Below, piece by piece: positions 47,547-56,825 of a DNA stretch of 64,000 nucleotides. The position numbers were made by a program, and so were the translations under genes. The notes under the pieces were generated by a model. It saw nothing but the letters and a program-made list of their open reading frames with translations. It did not search any database and was not told where the DNA came from. Within the stretch, counting starts at the first letter, position 1. Each line of letters starts with the position of its first letter. The stretch is from the NCBI GenBank assembly GCA_965228475.1, contig OZ245817.1:2304001-2368000 (forward strand), written 5' to 3'. The stretch is from Myxococcota bacterium (GTDB lineage: Bacteria; Myxococcota_A; UBA9160; JAFDDA01).

Positions 47547-48269
47547 ATGGCGGGCTCCCGAACCGTCCTGCTCCTCGATGGATTCGACGTCTCCATGGAG
47601 ACCGTGACCGAGCGCCTGCGCGCGCTGCGGATTCCGGCCGTGCGCGCGAAGACCGCGGACGAGGCCTTCGTGCTCGCCGAGGGCCAGGCCATCGGTGCCG
47701 TCGTGCTTCCGAGCGACCTGTTCGGGCCCGATGCCCACGGCGTCGTCGCCGCCCTGCGCGCCTGCTCGGCCGGCCAGCGGCTGAGCTTCCTCGCTGCGGG
47801 CCCCGAGCCCGACGAAACGCGCCGCACCGAGCTGCGCGAGGCGGGTGTGGCCTTCGCCCTGTTCGACCCCTACGACGACGCCCTGCTTCGCTTCCAGGTG
47901 AATCGCGCCCTGGCGGCGGCGGACGGCCTCCAGCCGCGGTCGGCGCTTCGCGTCCCGTGCAGCGCCCCCGCGCGGGCCCGCACCGGGAACCGCGAGAAGC
48001 CCGGGCGGCTCTACACGATCTCCGAACTCGGGCTCTTCTTCGAGACGCCGCGTGCTTCGATGCGCGGCGCCGCCGTCGAGTTCGAGATCCAGCTCGAGGG
48101 CCGGATGGTCCGGGCGGCCGGGCAGGTCGCCATGAGCAACGTCCCCGGCAACCTGAACAACCCGAAGCTCCCGGTCGGGATCGGCGTGGCGTTCAGCGAC
48201 GTCGAGGACGAGAGCACGAGCGTGCTGCGCCAGACCGTCGAAGAGATCGCCCACGCCCTCGACGTCTAG
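47547..48269 (+). CDS. Degenerate receiver-like domain plus PilZ-like domain
   Basis: N-terminal alpha/beta pattern; RSALR (RxxxR), TISELG, GIGVAF. Confidence 0.65.
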   Translation: MAGSRTVLLLDGFDVSMETVTERLRALRIPAVRAKTADEAFVLAEGQAIGAVVLPSDLFGPDAHGVVAALRACSAGQRLSFLAAGPEPDETRRTELREAGVAFALFDPYDDALLRFQVNRALAAADGLQPRSALRVPCSAPARARTGNREKPGRLYTISELGLFFETPRASMRGAAVEFEIQLEGRMVRAAGQVAMSNVPGNLNNPKLPVGIGVAFSDVEDESTSVLRQTVEEIAHALDV

Positions 48270-48344
48270 GGCCCCGGCGCCCCGGCTCTTCGTGAAGGAT
48301 CGGCCGGGCGGATCGAACCGCCTCCCCGCTATGCTGCCCGCGCC

Positions 48345-49292
48345 GTGCCCGTCCACAGCACCTCCGGAAGAAGCCGGCTGGGGTTCGCCCTCGCGACGGC
48401 GACGATGCTCTCCTGGGGCACGCTGCCCGTGGCGCTCTCGGCGATCCTCGCTCGCCTCGATGCGCTCACCATCACCGGCGTCCGCTTCTTCGTTTCGGCA
48501 GCGGTCCTCGCCGGGGCGCTGCTGGTGAGCCGCCGCCTGCCGAAGCGCGCCGGTCTGCGCGCGAGCGGCTGGGGCCTGCTCGTCCTGGCGACGGCCTTCC
48601 TCGCCGCCAACTACCTGGCCTACATCGTCGGTCTCGATCACACGACGCCCGCCGACGCCCAGGTGCTGATCCAGGGCGCGCCGATCCTGCTGGCGCTCGC
48701 CGGGATCTTCGTCTTCGGCGAGCCGTTCTCCCGCGTGCAGTGGGTCGGCTTCGCGATCCTGGTGGCGGGCCTCGGGCTCTTCTCCCTGAGCCGCTTCGAG
48801 GCCGAACTCGGCGCCCGCCACGGCTTCGGCAACGCGATGATCGCGCTCGCTGCGGTGACCTGGGCGGGGTACGGCATCGCCCAGAAACAGCTCCTCCGCG
48901 TACTGCCTTCCCAGCACATCATGCTGACGATCTACGTGGGCTGCGCCGCGATCTTCCTGCCGCTCGGATCCTTCGCCTCGCTCGGGAGCCTCGACGGAGC
49001 GGGCTGGGCGCTCCTGCTCTTCTGCGCGCTCAACACGGTCGTGGCCTACGGGTGCTTCTCGGAGGCGCTCGAGCACTGGGAGGCCTCCCGGGTCTCCGCG
49101 GTACTCGCGCTGACGCCGCTGGCGACGCTCGTCTTCCAGCGCCTGTGCGTGCTCGTCTGGCCGGGCTTCGACCCGGGCCCGCCGCTCGGTGCGCTCGCGA
49201 TCGCCGGGGCCTTCATCGTCGTGGTCGGCTCCCTCACGACCTCGATGGGGGCGCCGAAGGCGCTTCCCGCGATCGAGGCGGTCGAAGCATGA
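48345..49292 (+). CDS. DMT/EamA family transporter
   Basis: About ten TM segments, SWG..P, AQVLIQ, EALEHWEASRVSA. Confidence 0.9.
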   Translation: MPVHSTSGRSRLGFALATATMLSWGTLPVALSAILARLDALTITGVRFFVSAAVLAGALLVSRRLPKRAGLRASGWGLLVLATAFLAANYLAYIVGLDHTTPADAQVLIQGAPILLALAGIFVFGEPFSRVQWVGFAILVAGLGLFSLSRFEAELGARHGFGNAMIALAAVTWAGYGIAQKQLLRVLPSQHIMLTIYVGCAAIFLPLGSFASLGSLDGAGWALLLFCALNTVVAYGCFSEALEHWEASRVSAVLALTPLATLVFQRLCVLVWPGFDPGPPLGALAIAGAFIVVVGSLTTSMGAPKALPAIEAVEA

Positions 49293-51094
49293 ATCTGCGA
49301 CACCTCGCCACGACGATCGGGGCGCTGGCGGTGCTCGGCGCGCTGGCTCTGGCGGCGATCGAATGGATCGTCGCGCTGCTCGCCTACCTCGAGACGCCCT
49401 GGGGTGGCGGCTTCCCGGTGGGGCTCGCCGTCGCGGCCTTCGGCGAGCACTTCGCCACCCACGCGCTCTGGTGGTTTCCCGTCTCGATTCCGCTCGGCCT
49501 CTTGATCGCACGGCTTCGCTCCGGCGAGCGCTCGCGCGGGGCCGGCGCCGCGCTCGGCGGGAGCGTGCTCGCAGGGATCTCATTCTTCGTCTTCCTCGGC
49601 TCGCCGTTCTTCGACGCCGGCACCTTCGCGCCCGATCCGCCGTCGGCGCGGGCCGAGCGCAGCGATCGGCCCCACGTCCTCTGGGTCGTCCTCGATACGG
49701 CGCGGGCCGACCGCATGAACATCCACGGCGCGCGCGAGGCGACGACGCCGTTCCTCGCCGAACTCGCGCGGAGCTCGCGCGTCTTCGACGCGGCCGCCGC
49801 CGACGGCACCTGGACCGCACCGTCCCACGCTTCGATGTTCACCGGCTTGAGCGTGCGCGGGCACGGCGTCGGGCGGACCACGCCGGTGCTCTCCCACCAG
49901 TTCGAGACGACGGCCCAGCGGCTGACGGAAGCCGGCTGGCGGACGGCCTCCTTCTCGAACAATCCCTTGATCAGCCATCCCTCGGGTCTCGCGCGCGGGT
50001 TCGAGGACGTCTTCCTCCCGACCCAGCTTCGCCTGCTCGGGAACTCCATGGCCGAGCAGTGGGTCATCCGGCAGGGCTTTACGCCCGTCGTCCCCTGGCT
50101 CGATCCGGATCAGGGCGCCGCCCTCACGGCGGACCGCGTGGCGCGCTGGCTCGACGCCGAGGCGGGGCAGGGCGAGCCGCTCTTCGTGTTCGTCAACCTG
50201 ACGGAGGCGCATCTTCCCTGGGAGCTGCCCGAGCCCCACCGCCGGGCGTTTCTGGATGCCGAGGAGTCCGCCCGCTCCCGGGCCCTCCGCTACAGCGTGC
50301 ACGGCGACATCCAGGACGCGCTGAACCGGCGCGTCGCCCGGGACGGGACGAGCTTCCTCGCCGCAGAGGACGCCGACATCCTGCGCAAGCAGTACGACGC
50401 GACGATCCGCTACCTCGATGGGCGCGTGGCGGAGCTCGTCGCGCTCTTCGAGGCGGCCGGCCTGTGGGAGGACACGCTCTTCGTGCTCACGTCGGACCAC
50501 GGCGAGTACCTCGGCACCCACGATCTCTGGTCGCACCTCTATCGCACGTACCAGGACCTGACCCACGTGGCGATGCTGATCCGCCCGCCCGGGGGAACGA
50601 CGGGGACCACGAGCGACGTCCCGGTCCTGCTCTCGGACCTTCACGCCACGGTCCTCGCCGCGACCACGGGAGCCGCGCCGGGAGCCGGCACGGGGCGGGA
50701 CCTGCTCGCGGACCCGAGCGCGCTGGCCGAGCGCCCGATCGTGAGCGAGGCCGGCCCGATCGGCGCCAGGGCGGCCGTCGGCGCCCGGGGCTTCCGGGAG
50801 GCCGAGACGCCGCGCGGCCGGAAGCTCGCCCGGCCCGAGATCGCGCTCCGGGACGCGCGCTACAAGCTCGTCTGGCCCGAGGGCGGCTCGCCGGAGCTCT
50901 ACGATCTCCAGAACGACCCCGGCGAGACGCGGAACCTGCTCGGCCGACGGCCGGCCGTGGCGCGCCGGATGCAGCAGGAGCTGCGCCGCTACCTGGCGGA
51001 AGAGCCGGCCTATGCGCCCGGTGCCGAGGAGATGCTCGACCCGGACTCCGGCCTCGGACAGGCCCTGAAGGCGCTCGGCTACATCGAGGACTGA
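49289..51094 (+). CDS. Membrane-anchored sulfatase-like hydrolase/transferase (alkaline phosphatase superfamily)
   Basis: N-terminal TMs; VLDTARAD, WTAPSHASMFTG, AHLP, TSDHGE, ELYDL..DPGE, LKALGY. Confidence 0.88.
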   Translation: MNLRHLATTIGALAVLGALALAAIEWIVALLAYLETPWGGGFPVGLAVAAFGEHFATHALWWFPVSIPLGLLIARLRSGERSRGAGAALGGSVLAGISFFVFLGSPFFDAGTFAPDPPSARAERSDRPHVLWVVLDTARADRMNIHGAREATTPFLAELARSSRVFDAAAADGTWTAPSHASMFTGLSVRGHGVGRTTPVLSHQFETTAQRLTEAGWRTASFSNNPLISHPSGLARGFEDVFLPTQLRLLGNSMAEQWVIRQGFTPVVPWLDPDQGAALTADRVARWLDAEAGQGEPLFVFVNLTEAHLPWELPEPHRRAFLDAEESARSRALRYSVHGDIQDALNRRVARDGTSFLAAEDADILRKQYDATIRYLDGRVAELVALFEAAGLWEDTLFVLTSDHGEYLGTHDLWSHLYRTYQDLTHVAMLIRPPGGTTGTTSDVPVLLSDLHATVLAATTGAAPGAGTGRDLLADPSALAERPIVSEAGPIGARAAVGARGFREAETPRGRKLARPEIALRDARYKLVWPEGGSPELYDLQNDPGETRNLLGRRPAVARRMQQELRRYLAEEPAYAPGAEEMLDPDSGLGQALKALGYIED

Positions 51095-51224
51095 GCGCGG
51101 ACCACGGGTCGGAGGCTGGCTTGCCCCGCGGGGGTAGGCCATCGGGCCGATGCGGCCAACCCACCGGAAAGACGACGATTCCGCTCACCGAGGCGACACC
51201 GCCTCCGGTGCAGAGGAGTCGTCC

Positions 51225-53768
51225 ATGGCCGCCCTTCGGAACATCGTTCGAAACGCAGTCTTCTTCTACGCGCTGGGCCTGGTTCTGGCGCCCTCGAGCG
51301 CCTTCGCAGCGGACACGGACTCCGACGGCGTCGACGACGCCTTCGACACCTGTTCCGAGCTCGCGCACCCGGCCCAGGGCGACGCCGACGGCGACGGCTT
51401 CGGCGACCCCTGCGATTGCGACTTCGACAACGACGGCTTCTGCAACATCAGCGACTTCACCGCCTTCGTCGCGGACTTCATCGCCGGCCGCGACTCCGGC
51501 GCCGGGACGGACATGAGCAGCGACGGCGCGGTGAACGTCGACGACTTCAGCCTCTTCATCACGGGCTTCACGAGTGGCCGCCCCGGCCCGGGAGCCACGG
51601 GCGCTGCGGACCCGGCGGCGATGTTCCCCGGAGTCGATTGCGAGGGCCCGGCCCTCGAAGACCTCTGCGAGATCACGGTGGTGCCGGGCATCGTCATCGA
51701 GGCGATTCGCGACCAGCTCGAGGCGCTGGCGGACGGTCTCCACGTGACGGGGGACGTTCGGGTACCGGCCTACGAAGGCGTGGCCCTGCTCGGCGATGCG
51801 ACGCTCGTGATCGAGCCCGGCGACGGCCCTTTCGGCTTCGACACGATCCGCGGCACGGCGACCTTGAGCTTCGGCTTCGAGACCGGCTTCTTCGGTGAGG
51901 TGCCGGTCGACTCCGTGATCGTGGATCTCGGCCTCGACCTCGGCGAGAACATCGAGGCCGACATCCCGCTCCAGCCGGACCTTCACTATCTGCTCTTCCA
52001 CGCAGGCGTCGGTTTCGACATCGAAGCGGGCCCGCTGCTGATCGAGGGCCCGGGCGGGTCGATGACCCTGCTCTTCAACCCGAGCGACCCGTTCTTCTAC
52101 GCGGGCGCCCAGGTGAACAACATCCCGATCCCGACCCCCGGCGGGCTCTTCTTCCTGACGGCGGGAGGCGGCGTCGGCATGTCGCACCAGGGCCTGATCC
52201 CCTTCGCTCCGGCGACGACCGACGGGATCGCCGCGCTCTTCCCGAACTTCGAGGGGCACTTCATCCAGCAGGTTCTCGGCGAGCTCCCGACCTGCGCCGG
52301 CTGTCCGACCCTCGAGGGCAACGGCTACGCGATCCTCGACCTCGATCCGCAGGAGGACGGCCTCGCGATCTTCGGGCCCGCCGAAACGGGAGGCGACGTC
52401 CAGCTCGGCATGAACGGCTTCTTCGCGCTGACCGGCTCCCTCGGGCTGGTGAGCCTCGAGGTGGATCTCTTCTCGGCGACGGGCGGGATCATCGCGACCG
52501 AGGGCGACCTCTCGACCTTCGTCGGAGGCCGCATCGCGACCCCGCCGGACCTGTTCGCCTTCAACCTGGACAGCGGCTTCGAGATCTTCCCGGCGCCGAC
52601 CACCCTCGAACTCGGACTCGGCGTGATGCTGAGCTCGGACCCGGCGATGCGCTTCTTCCGCTTCGAGGGGGAGCTGCTGAACGTCGGAGCGTCCGGGGTG
52701 GTCACCAACACCGGCGTGAACGTGACCCCCTTCTCGAGCGAGGGCTTCTTCTTCCAGACGGGCGGTTCGGGCACCTTCATCGGCGGCTCGACCCAGGCCG
52801 AGTACGTGGTCGAAGGCGTGCGCGCGCTCGAAGAGACGAGCTTCGAGATCAACTTCCCGGCCGACGACGACACGGAGATCGTCATGCGCTCCCGCTACGA
52901 GATCGGCAGCAACCGGCTTCGCCAGTCGACGCTCTGGCTGTCGCCGCGGCGCATCGCCCAGGAAGGCCTCCTCGACATGCCGAACTACACCTTCACGATG
53001 TTCGGCGAGCACACGCGGGATGGCACGCTCCTGCAGGGCACTCTCGAGGTGCCGATCCCGTACCACTACCCGGCGCTCGAGGCGATCCTCGAGATCAGCG
53101 ACCTCATCAGCCAGCAGGAAGCGGCGGTGGCCGCCATCGAAGCCGAAGCGGGACAGCTCGCGGGTCAGATCGCGGCAATCCAGGCCCAGCTCGATCCGGC
53201 GATCGATGCCCTGGACGTCGCGCTCGACGTTCTCGAGGACGCCGAGAACGCCCTCGAGGAAAACCTCGACGACATCGCCGACACGGAGCGGATCGACTGC
53301 GGCTGCAGCGAGTGCCAGATCTGGAACGTCGTCTGCTGGACGCAGTGCGGCCTCTGCGAGGGATCGCAGGAAGCGACTCTGATCTACCTCCGCGGTCTCA
53401 CGAGCGGGCTGCGGCGTGCGGTCGAGCTGGCGGAAATCGTGGTCCTCGGGCTCCAGGGGGAGGTCGCCGAATACCAGGTCCAGCTGAATGCCCTCCAGCA
53501 GTCCCTCACCCTCGTGAACGTGGGGCTCACCCCTGCGCTGGCGGCACTCTCGGCGCTCTATGCCCAGCGCGACGCACTCCCGCCCGAGGACGGGGTCTTC
53601 GATGCCGAGGTGACGCTCAGCATGACCCGCGAGGACCTCACCGGCTCGGTCGGCGGCGACTTCCAGGGAACGCCCGTCGGGGCCGGCACGGTCTACATGG
53701 ACGGCGCTCCGCGCGCCTGCTTCCGCCCGCCGGCGCCGGGCGCTCCGGAGTTCTGCACGCTGCTCTAG
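51225..53768 (+). CDS. Large exported protein: TSP3/dockerin-like Ca-binding N-terminus, beta-rich body, coiled coil with Cys-rich tip
   Basis: GAGGAG RBS, signal peptide, DTDSDGVDD..D.C, QGDADGDGFGDPCD, DFDNDG..NISD. Confidence 0.8.
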   Translation: MAALRNIVRNAVFFYALGLVLAPSSAFAADTDSDGVDDAFDTCSELAHPAQGDADGDGFGDPCDCDFDNDGFCNISDFTAFVADFIAGRDSGAGTDMSSDGAVNVDDFSLFITGFTSGRPGPGATGAADPAAMFPGVDCEGPALEDLCEITVVPGIVIEAIRDQLEALADGLHVTGDVRVPAYEGVALLGDATLVIEPGDGPFGFDTIRGTATLSFGFETGFFGEVPVDSVIVDLGLDLGENIEADIPLQPDLHYLLFHAGVGFDIEAGPLLIEGPGGSMTLLFNPSDPFFYAGAQVNNIPIPTPGGLFFLTAGGGVGMSHQGLIPFAPATTDGIAALFPNFEGHFIQQVLGELPTCAGCPTLEGNGYAILDLDPQEDGLAIFGPAETGGDVQLGMNGFFALTGSLGLVSLEVDLFSATGGIIATEGDLSTFVGGRIATPPDLFAFNLDSGFEIFPAPTTLELGLGVMLSSDPAMRFFRFEGELLNVGASGVVTNTGVNVTPFSSEGFFFQTGGSGTFIGGSTQAEYVVEGVRALEETSFEINFPADDDTEIVMRSRYEIGSNRLRQSTLWLSPRRIAQEGLLDMPNYTFTMFGEHTRDGTLLQGTLEVPIPYHYPALEAILEISDLISQQEAAVAAIEAEAGQLAGQIAAIQAQLDPAIDALDVALDVLEDAENALEENLDDIADTERIDCGCSECQIWNVVCWTQCGLCEGSQEATLIYLRGLTSGLRRAVELAEIVVLGLQGEVAEYQVQLNALQQSLTLVNVGLTPALAALSALYAQRDALPPEDGVFDAEVTLSMTREDLTGSVGGDFQGTPVGAGTVYMDGAPRACFRPPAPGAPEFCTLL

Positions 53769-53840
53769 TCGCGGCGCTTGCGCAGGTTGCCTGTGCAAAG
53801 GCCGATGGGAGCGCCGGAACCTCGCCTCCGGTGTCCCCGC

Positions 53841-53879
53841 AAGACCGCCCGAGCTGCCCCCGCGGCTCGGGCGGTCTTT
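53841..53879 (+). terminator. Stem-loop, probable intrinsic terminator
   Basis: AAGACCGCCCGAGC / GCTCGGGCGGTCTT 14-bp stem with short T run. Confidence 0.55.
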
Positions 53880-54004
53880 CCCGTTCCCGGACGCTATGCG
53901 CCTCCGCCTCGAGATCGCCGCAATCCGGGCCAACGAACCCTTCGCGCCGACGCGGTTTCTCCAAAGGCTCGCTCTAGCTTTTCGGGCGAAGCGTCGGGAG
54001 AACC

Positions 54005-55387
54005 ATGTCGGAAACCGGAACGAAGCCCTCGCAGCGGGGTCATGCGCGCATCCAGAACTCTCAGCTCGTCCGCATCGGCGTCGTCGGGCTGCTCCTGCTG
54101 GGGCTCCAGATCCCCATCCTGCTCATCGATCAGCAGATCGGCGCACGCCAGGCGACGCGGGACGAGGCGGTCCGGGAGGTCACGAGCCGCTGGGGAGGGG
54201 AGCAGCGCATCCTCGGCCCCGTGCTGCGGGTTCCCTACCGGGCGACCCACGTCGAGGTGGACGACGTCGGGCGGCGGCACACGCGCGAGGTCGTCCGCCA
54301 CGCGAGCTTCCTCCCGCAGGATCTCGAGATCGCCGCGGAGGCGAGCGGGGAGACGCGCTACCGCGGCATCTTCGACGTGCCCGTGTACCGCTCCCGGGTG
54401 GACCTCGTCGGGAGCTTCGGCTCCATCGACTTCGCCGACTGGGACGTCCCCGCGGAGAAGATCCTCTGGGAGCGCGCGGAGCTCCTGGTCGGCATCTCCG
54501 ATGCCCGTGCGCTGCGGGGGCAGCCCGTCGTGGTCTGGCAGGGCGGGGCGTATGCGTTCGAACCCGGCGGTGCCCACCTCGGCGACTGCGCTTCGAGCCT
54601 GCGCGCGAAGCTGGCCGGCGATCGGGCGGAGGACTTCGCGGGGCCGATGACCTTCGAGATTCCCCTCGAGCTGAACGGCGCCGTGCGCATCGCCTTCGCG
54701 CCGGTGGGCGACAGCACGGTGGCCACGCTGCGCTCGAACTGGCCCGATCCGAGCTTCGAGGGGCGCTGGCTCCCCGCCGAGCGATCCATCTCTCCCGAGG
54801 GCTTTTCGGCGCGCTGGGAGGTCTCGCAGATCGGGCGCGGCTATCCGCGGCGCTTCGCGAGCGCCATCGACCACGGTGCCCTGATGTCCGCGACCTTCGG
54901 CGTCGGGTTCCTCTCTCCCGTCGATCCGTACCGCATGGCGGAGCGCAGCGTGAAGTACGAGCTCCTCTTCCTGGCGCTTCCGTTCCTCACGCTCTGGCTC
55001 TTCGAGGTGGTCGGCGGGATCCGGGTGCACCCCGTCCAGTACCTGTTCATCGGGGCGGCCCTGTGTCTCTTCTATCTGCTGCAGCTGGCGCTCGCGGAGC
55101 ATCTCGGCTTCGGACTCGCCTACACGATCGCCGCGGCGAGCGTCGGGGGGACGGTGCTGCTCTACGGCCGCGCGATCCTCGGCGCGGGCTCGCGTGCCTC
55201 CGTGCTCGGCGCGCTCGTCGCGGCCCTCTACGGGTACCTGTACATCCTGCTGCGGGAGCAGGACTTCGCCTTCCTGCTGGGGTCGCTCGGGCTCTTCGCG
55301 GCCCTGGCGCTCGCGATGTGGCTCACGCGGAAGGTGGACTGGTACGCGCTCGACGGGAGCGGGACGGCCCCGCAGACGCCGCGCTAG
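54005..55387 (+). CDS. creD: Cell envelope integrity inner membrane protein CreD
   Basis: WG..Q...GP.L.VPY, RGIF.VPVY, SNWP.PSF.G..LP, DPYRMAERSVKY, VHPVQYL, TRKVDWY. Confidence 0.93.
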   Translation: MSETGTKPSQRGHARIQNSQLVRIGVVGLLLLGLQIPILLIDQQIGARQATRDEAVREVTSRWGGEQRILGPVLRVPYRATHVEVDDVGRRHTREVVRHASFLPQDLEIAAEASGETRYRGIFDVPVYRSRVDLVGSFGSIDFADWDVPAEKILWERAELLVGISDARALRGQPVVVWQGGAYAFEPGGAHLGDCASSLRAKLAGDRAEDFAGPMTFEIPLELNGAVRIAFAPVGDSTVATLRSNWPDPSFEGRWLPAERSISPEGFSARWEVSQIGRGYPRRFASAIDHGALMSATFGVGFLSPVDPYRMAERSVKYELLFLALPFLTLWLFEVVGGIRVHPVQYLFIGAALCLFYLLQLALAEHLGFGLAYTIAAASVGGTVLLYGRAILGAGSRASVLGALVAALYGYLYILLREQDFAFLLGSLGLFAALALAMWLTRKVDWYALDGSGTAPQTPR

Positions 55388-55399
55388 CCCACAGGCGTC

Positions 55400-55408
55400 T
55401 GCTAGCTT
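55400..55408 (+). promoter_or_regulatory. Extended -10 (TGnTAGCTT), probable leaderless promoter of the histone gene
   Basis: 7 nt upstream of GTG 55416, no Shine-Dalgarno. Confidence 0.5.
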
Positions 55409-55415
55409 CGCCGTC

Positions 55416-55934
55416 GTGACGGACTCGACCGCCTGGCGACGCTGCAACGCCTGCAAACGACCGATCGCGCTCGGCGCCGTGTACCAGGTCTGCAGCGTCT
55501 CGACCTGCAACCAGAAGCGGACGGGCATGGTGTTCTGCACCGTCGACTGCTGGGAGGTGCACCTGCCGAGTGCGAACCACCGCGAGGCGTGGGCGGTCGA
55601 GAAGACGGCGCCGAGAACGGCCGACGGGCCGGCCAAGGCAACGGCAGCACCGCCGAAGCCTGCGGGGAGGGAGCCGCGGCGTCGGATCGTCCGGCCGGAA
55701 GCCGTGTCACGTCCTGCGAAAGCCGCCGCGGCGAAGGGTCCCGTCGACGACGCCATTCTCATCGTTGCGAGCCGGCTCAAGGACTACGTCCGGGCCCGCT
55801 CCGGCTTCAACACCTCGGACCGCGCCCTCGGGCCGCTCTCGGACATCGTCCGGCGGGCCGTGGACGAGGCCATCGAGCGGGCGCGCCGCGACGAGCGCAA
55901 GACCGTCCTCGACCGCGACATCCCCTCTCGCTGA
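55416..55934 (+). CDS. Bacterial histone-fold protein with N-terminal Cys/His zinc finger
   Basis: C-terminal ILIVASRLKDYV...NTS...LS..V......A..D.RKTV..RD histone fold; N-terminal CxxC..C-x4-C..C-x3-C-x3-H..H. Confidence 0.88.
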   Translation: MTDSTAWRRCNACKRPIALGAVYQVCSVSTCNQKRTGMVFCTVDCWEVHLPSANHREAWAVEKTAPRTADGPAKATAAPPKPAGREPRRRIVRPEAVSRPAKAAAAKGPVDDAILIVASRLKDYVRARSGFNTSDRALGPLSDIVRRAVDEAIERARRDERKTVLDRDIPSR

Positions 55935-56014
55935 GATCCGTGGGCTCGCCACTTTCGGCGTCGGGACGCCACCCATGCATGCCGGGGTTCATCCCCGGTA
56001 GCGGGAGGTGTGCC

Positions 56015-56647
56015 ATGCGTGGAATCGGACGAGTCGCGGCCTTCTCGGCTGCCGTTGGCCTGGCGGTTGCCGCGGGAGCGGAGGCGTCGGCGGCTCCCAT
56101 CTACCTGAACATCGACAACATCACGGTCGAGGTCGGCCCGGGAACGTCGGCGGGCAGCTTCAACAACACGTTCGCGAGCGGCCAGACGATCGACAAGGTG
56201 ATCGACGCGCCCTCCGCCGACGCCGCGGAGTTCCACAACCAGACGACCCACATCTGGTTCACCGCCGATCAGATCGGTGGAGGCCTCGAGCTGCTCTTCG
56301 ACTTCGGCCAGGGCTACGACATCTCCACCCTGCATTTCTGGAACTACACCGGCGAGGGCTTCGACGTCGACCAGGTCGACTTCACTTTCTTCAACCCCGG
56401 AAACGTCGAGGTCGGCGATCTGACGATCAACCCTGCACTGGGCAGCAGCCCGGGCATCCTCGCCGAAGACATCCCGCTGCCCGCACCCATCAACGTCCGC
56501 TACGTCACGGCGTTCCTGACGGGTTCGAACGGAGAGGTCGACTTCCAGAACATCGGGTTCACCGCCGAGGTGTCGGTGCCGGAGCCGTCGCTTCTCGCGT
56601 TGCTCGGTGGCGTCCTCGTCGCCGTCTCCAGACGCCGGCTGGTCTGA
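56015..56647 (+). CDS. PEP-CTERM surface protein
   Basis: GGGAGG RBS, signal peptide, VPEPS + TM + RRR. Confidence 0.88.
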   Translation: MRGIGRVAAFSAAVGLAVAAGAEASAAPIYLNIDNITVEVGPGTSAGSFNNTFASGQTIDKVIDAPSADAAEFHNQTTHIWFTADQIGGGLELLFDFGQGYDISTLHFWNYTGEGFDVDQVDFTFFNPGNVEVGDLTINPALGSSPGILAEDIPLPAPINVRYVTAFLTGSNGEVDFQNIGFTAEVSVPEPSLLALLGGVLVAVSRRRLV

Positions 56648-56825
56648 ACCCGCTTCGGGTTCCGTCGCGGAAGGCTCGATCGCCGCAAGCGGGCGCATTT
56701 TCCCACTGGGTCGACCGGATCTGTCGCAGAACGGAGACGGTGGGGCAGCAGCGTTCGTACGGGCGATGCTTTTTCGGAACGGATGAAGCGCGCTTCATGC
56801 GAGAGTTCTCCCTCGGGAGGAATCC

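Noticed and set aside
46602..53933. Very long minus-strand ORFs (1072 and 1148 aa)
   Set aside because: Antisense shadows of well-supported plus-strand genes, expected in high-GC DNA
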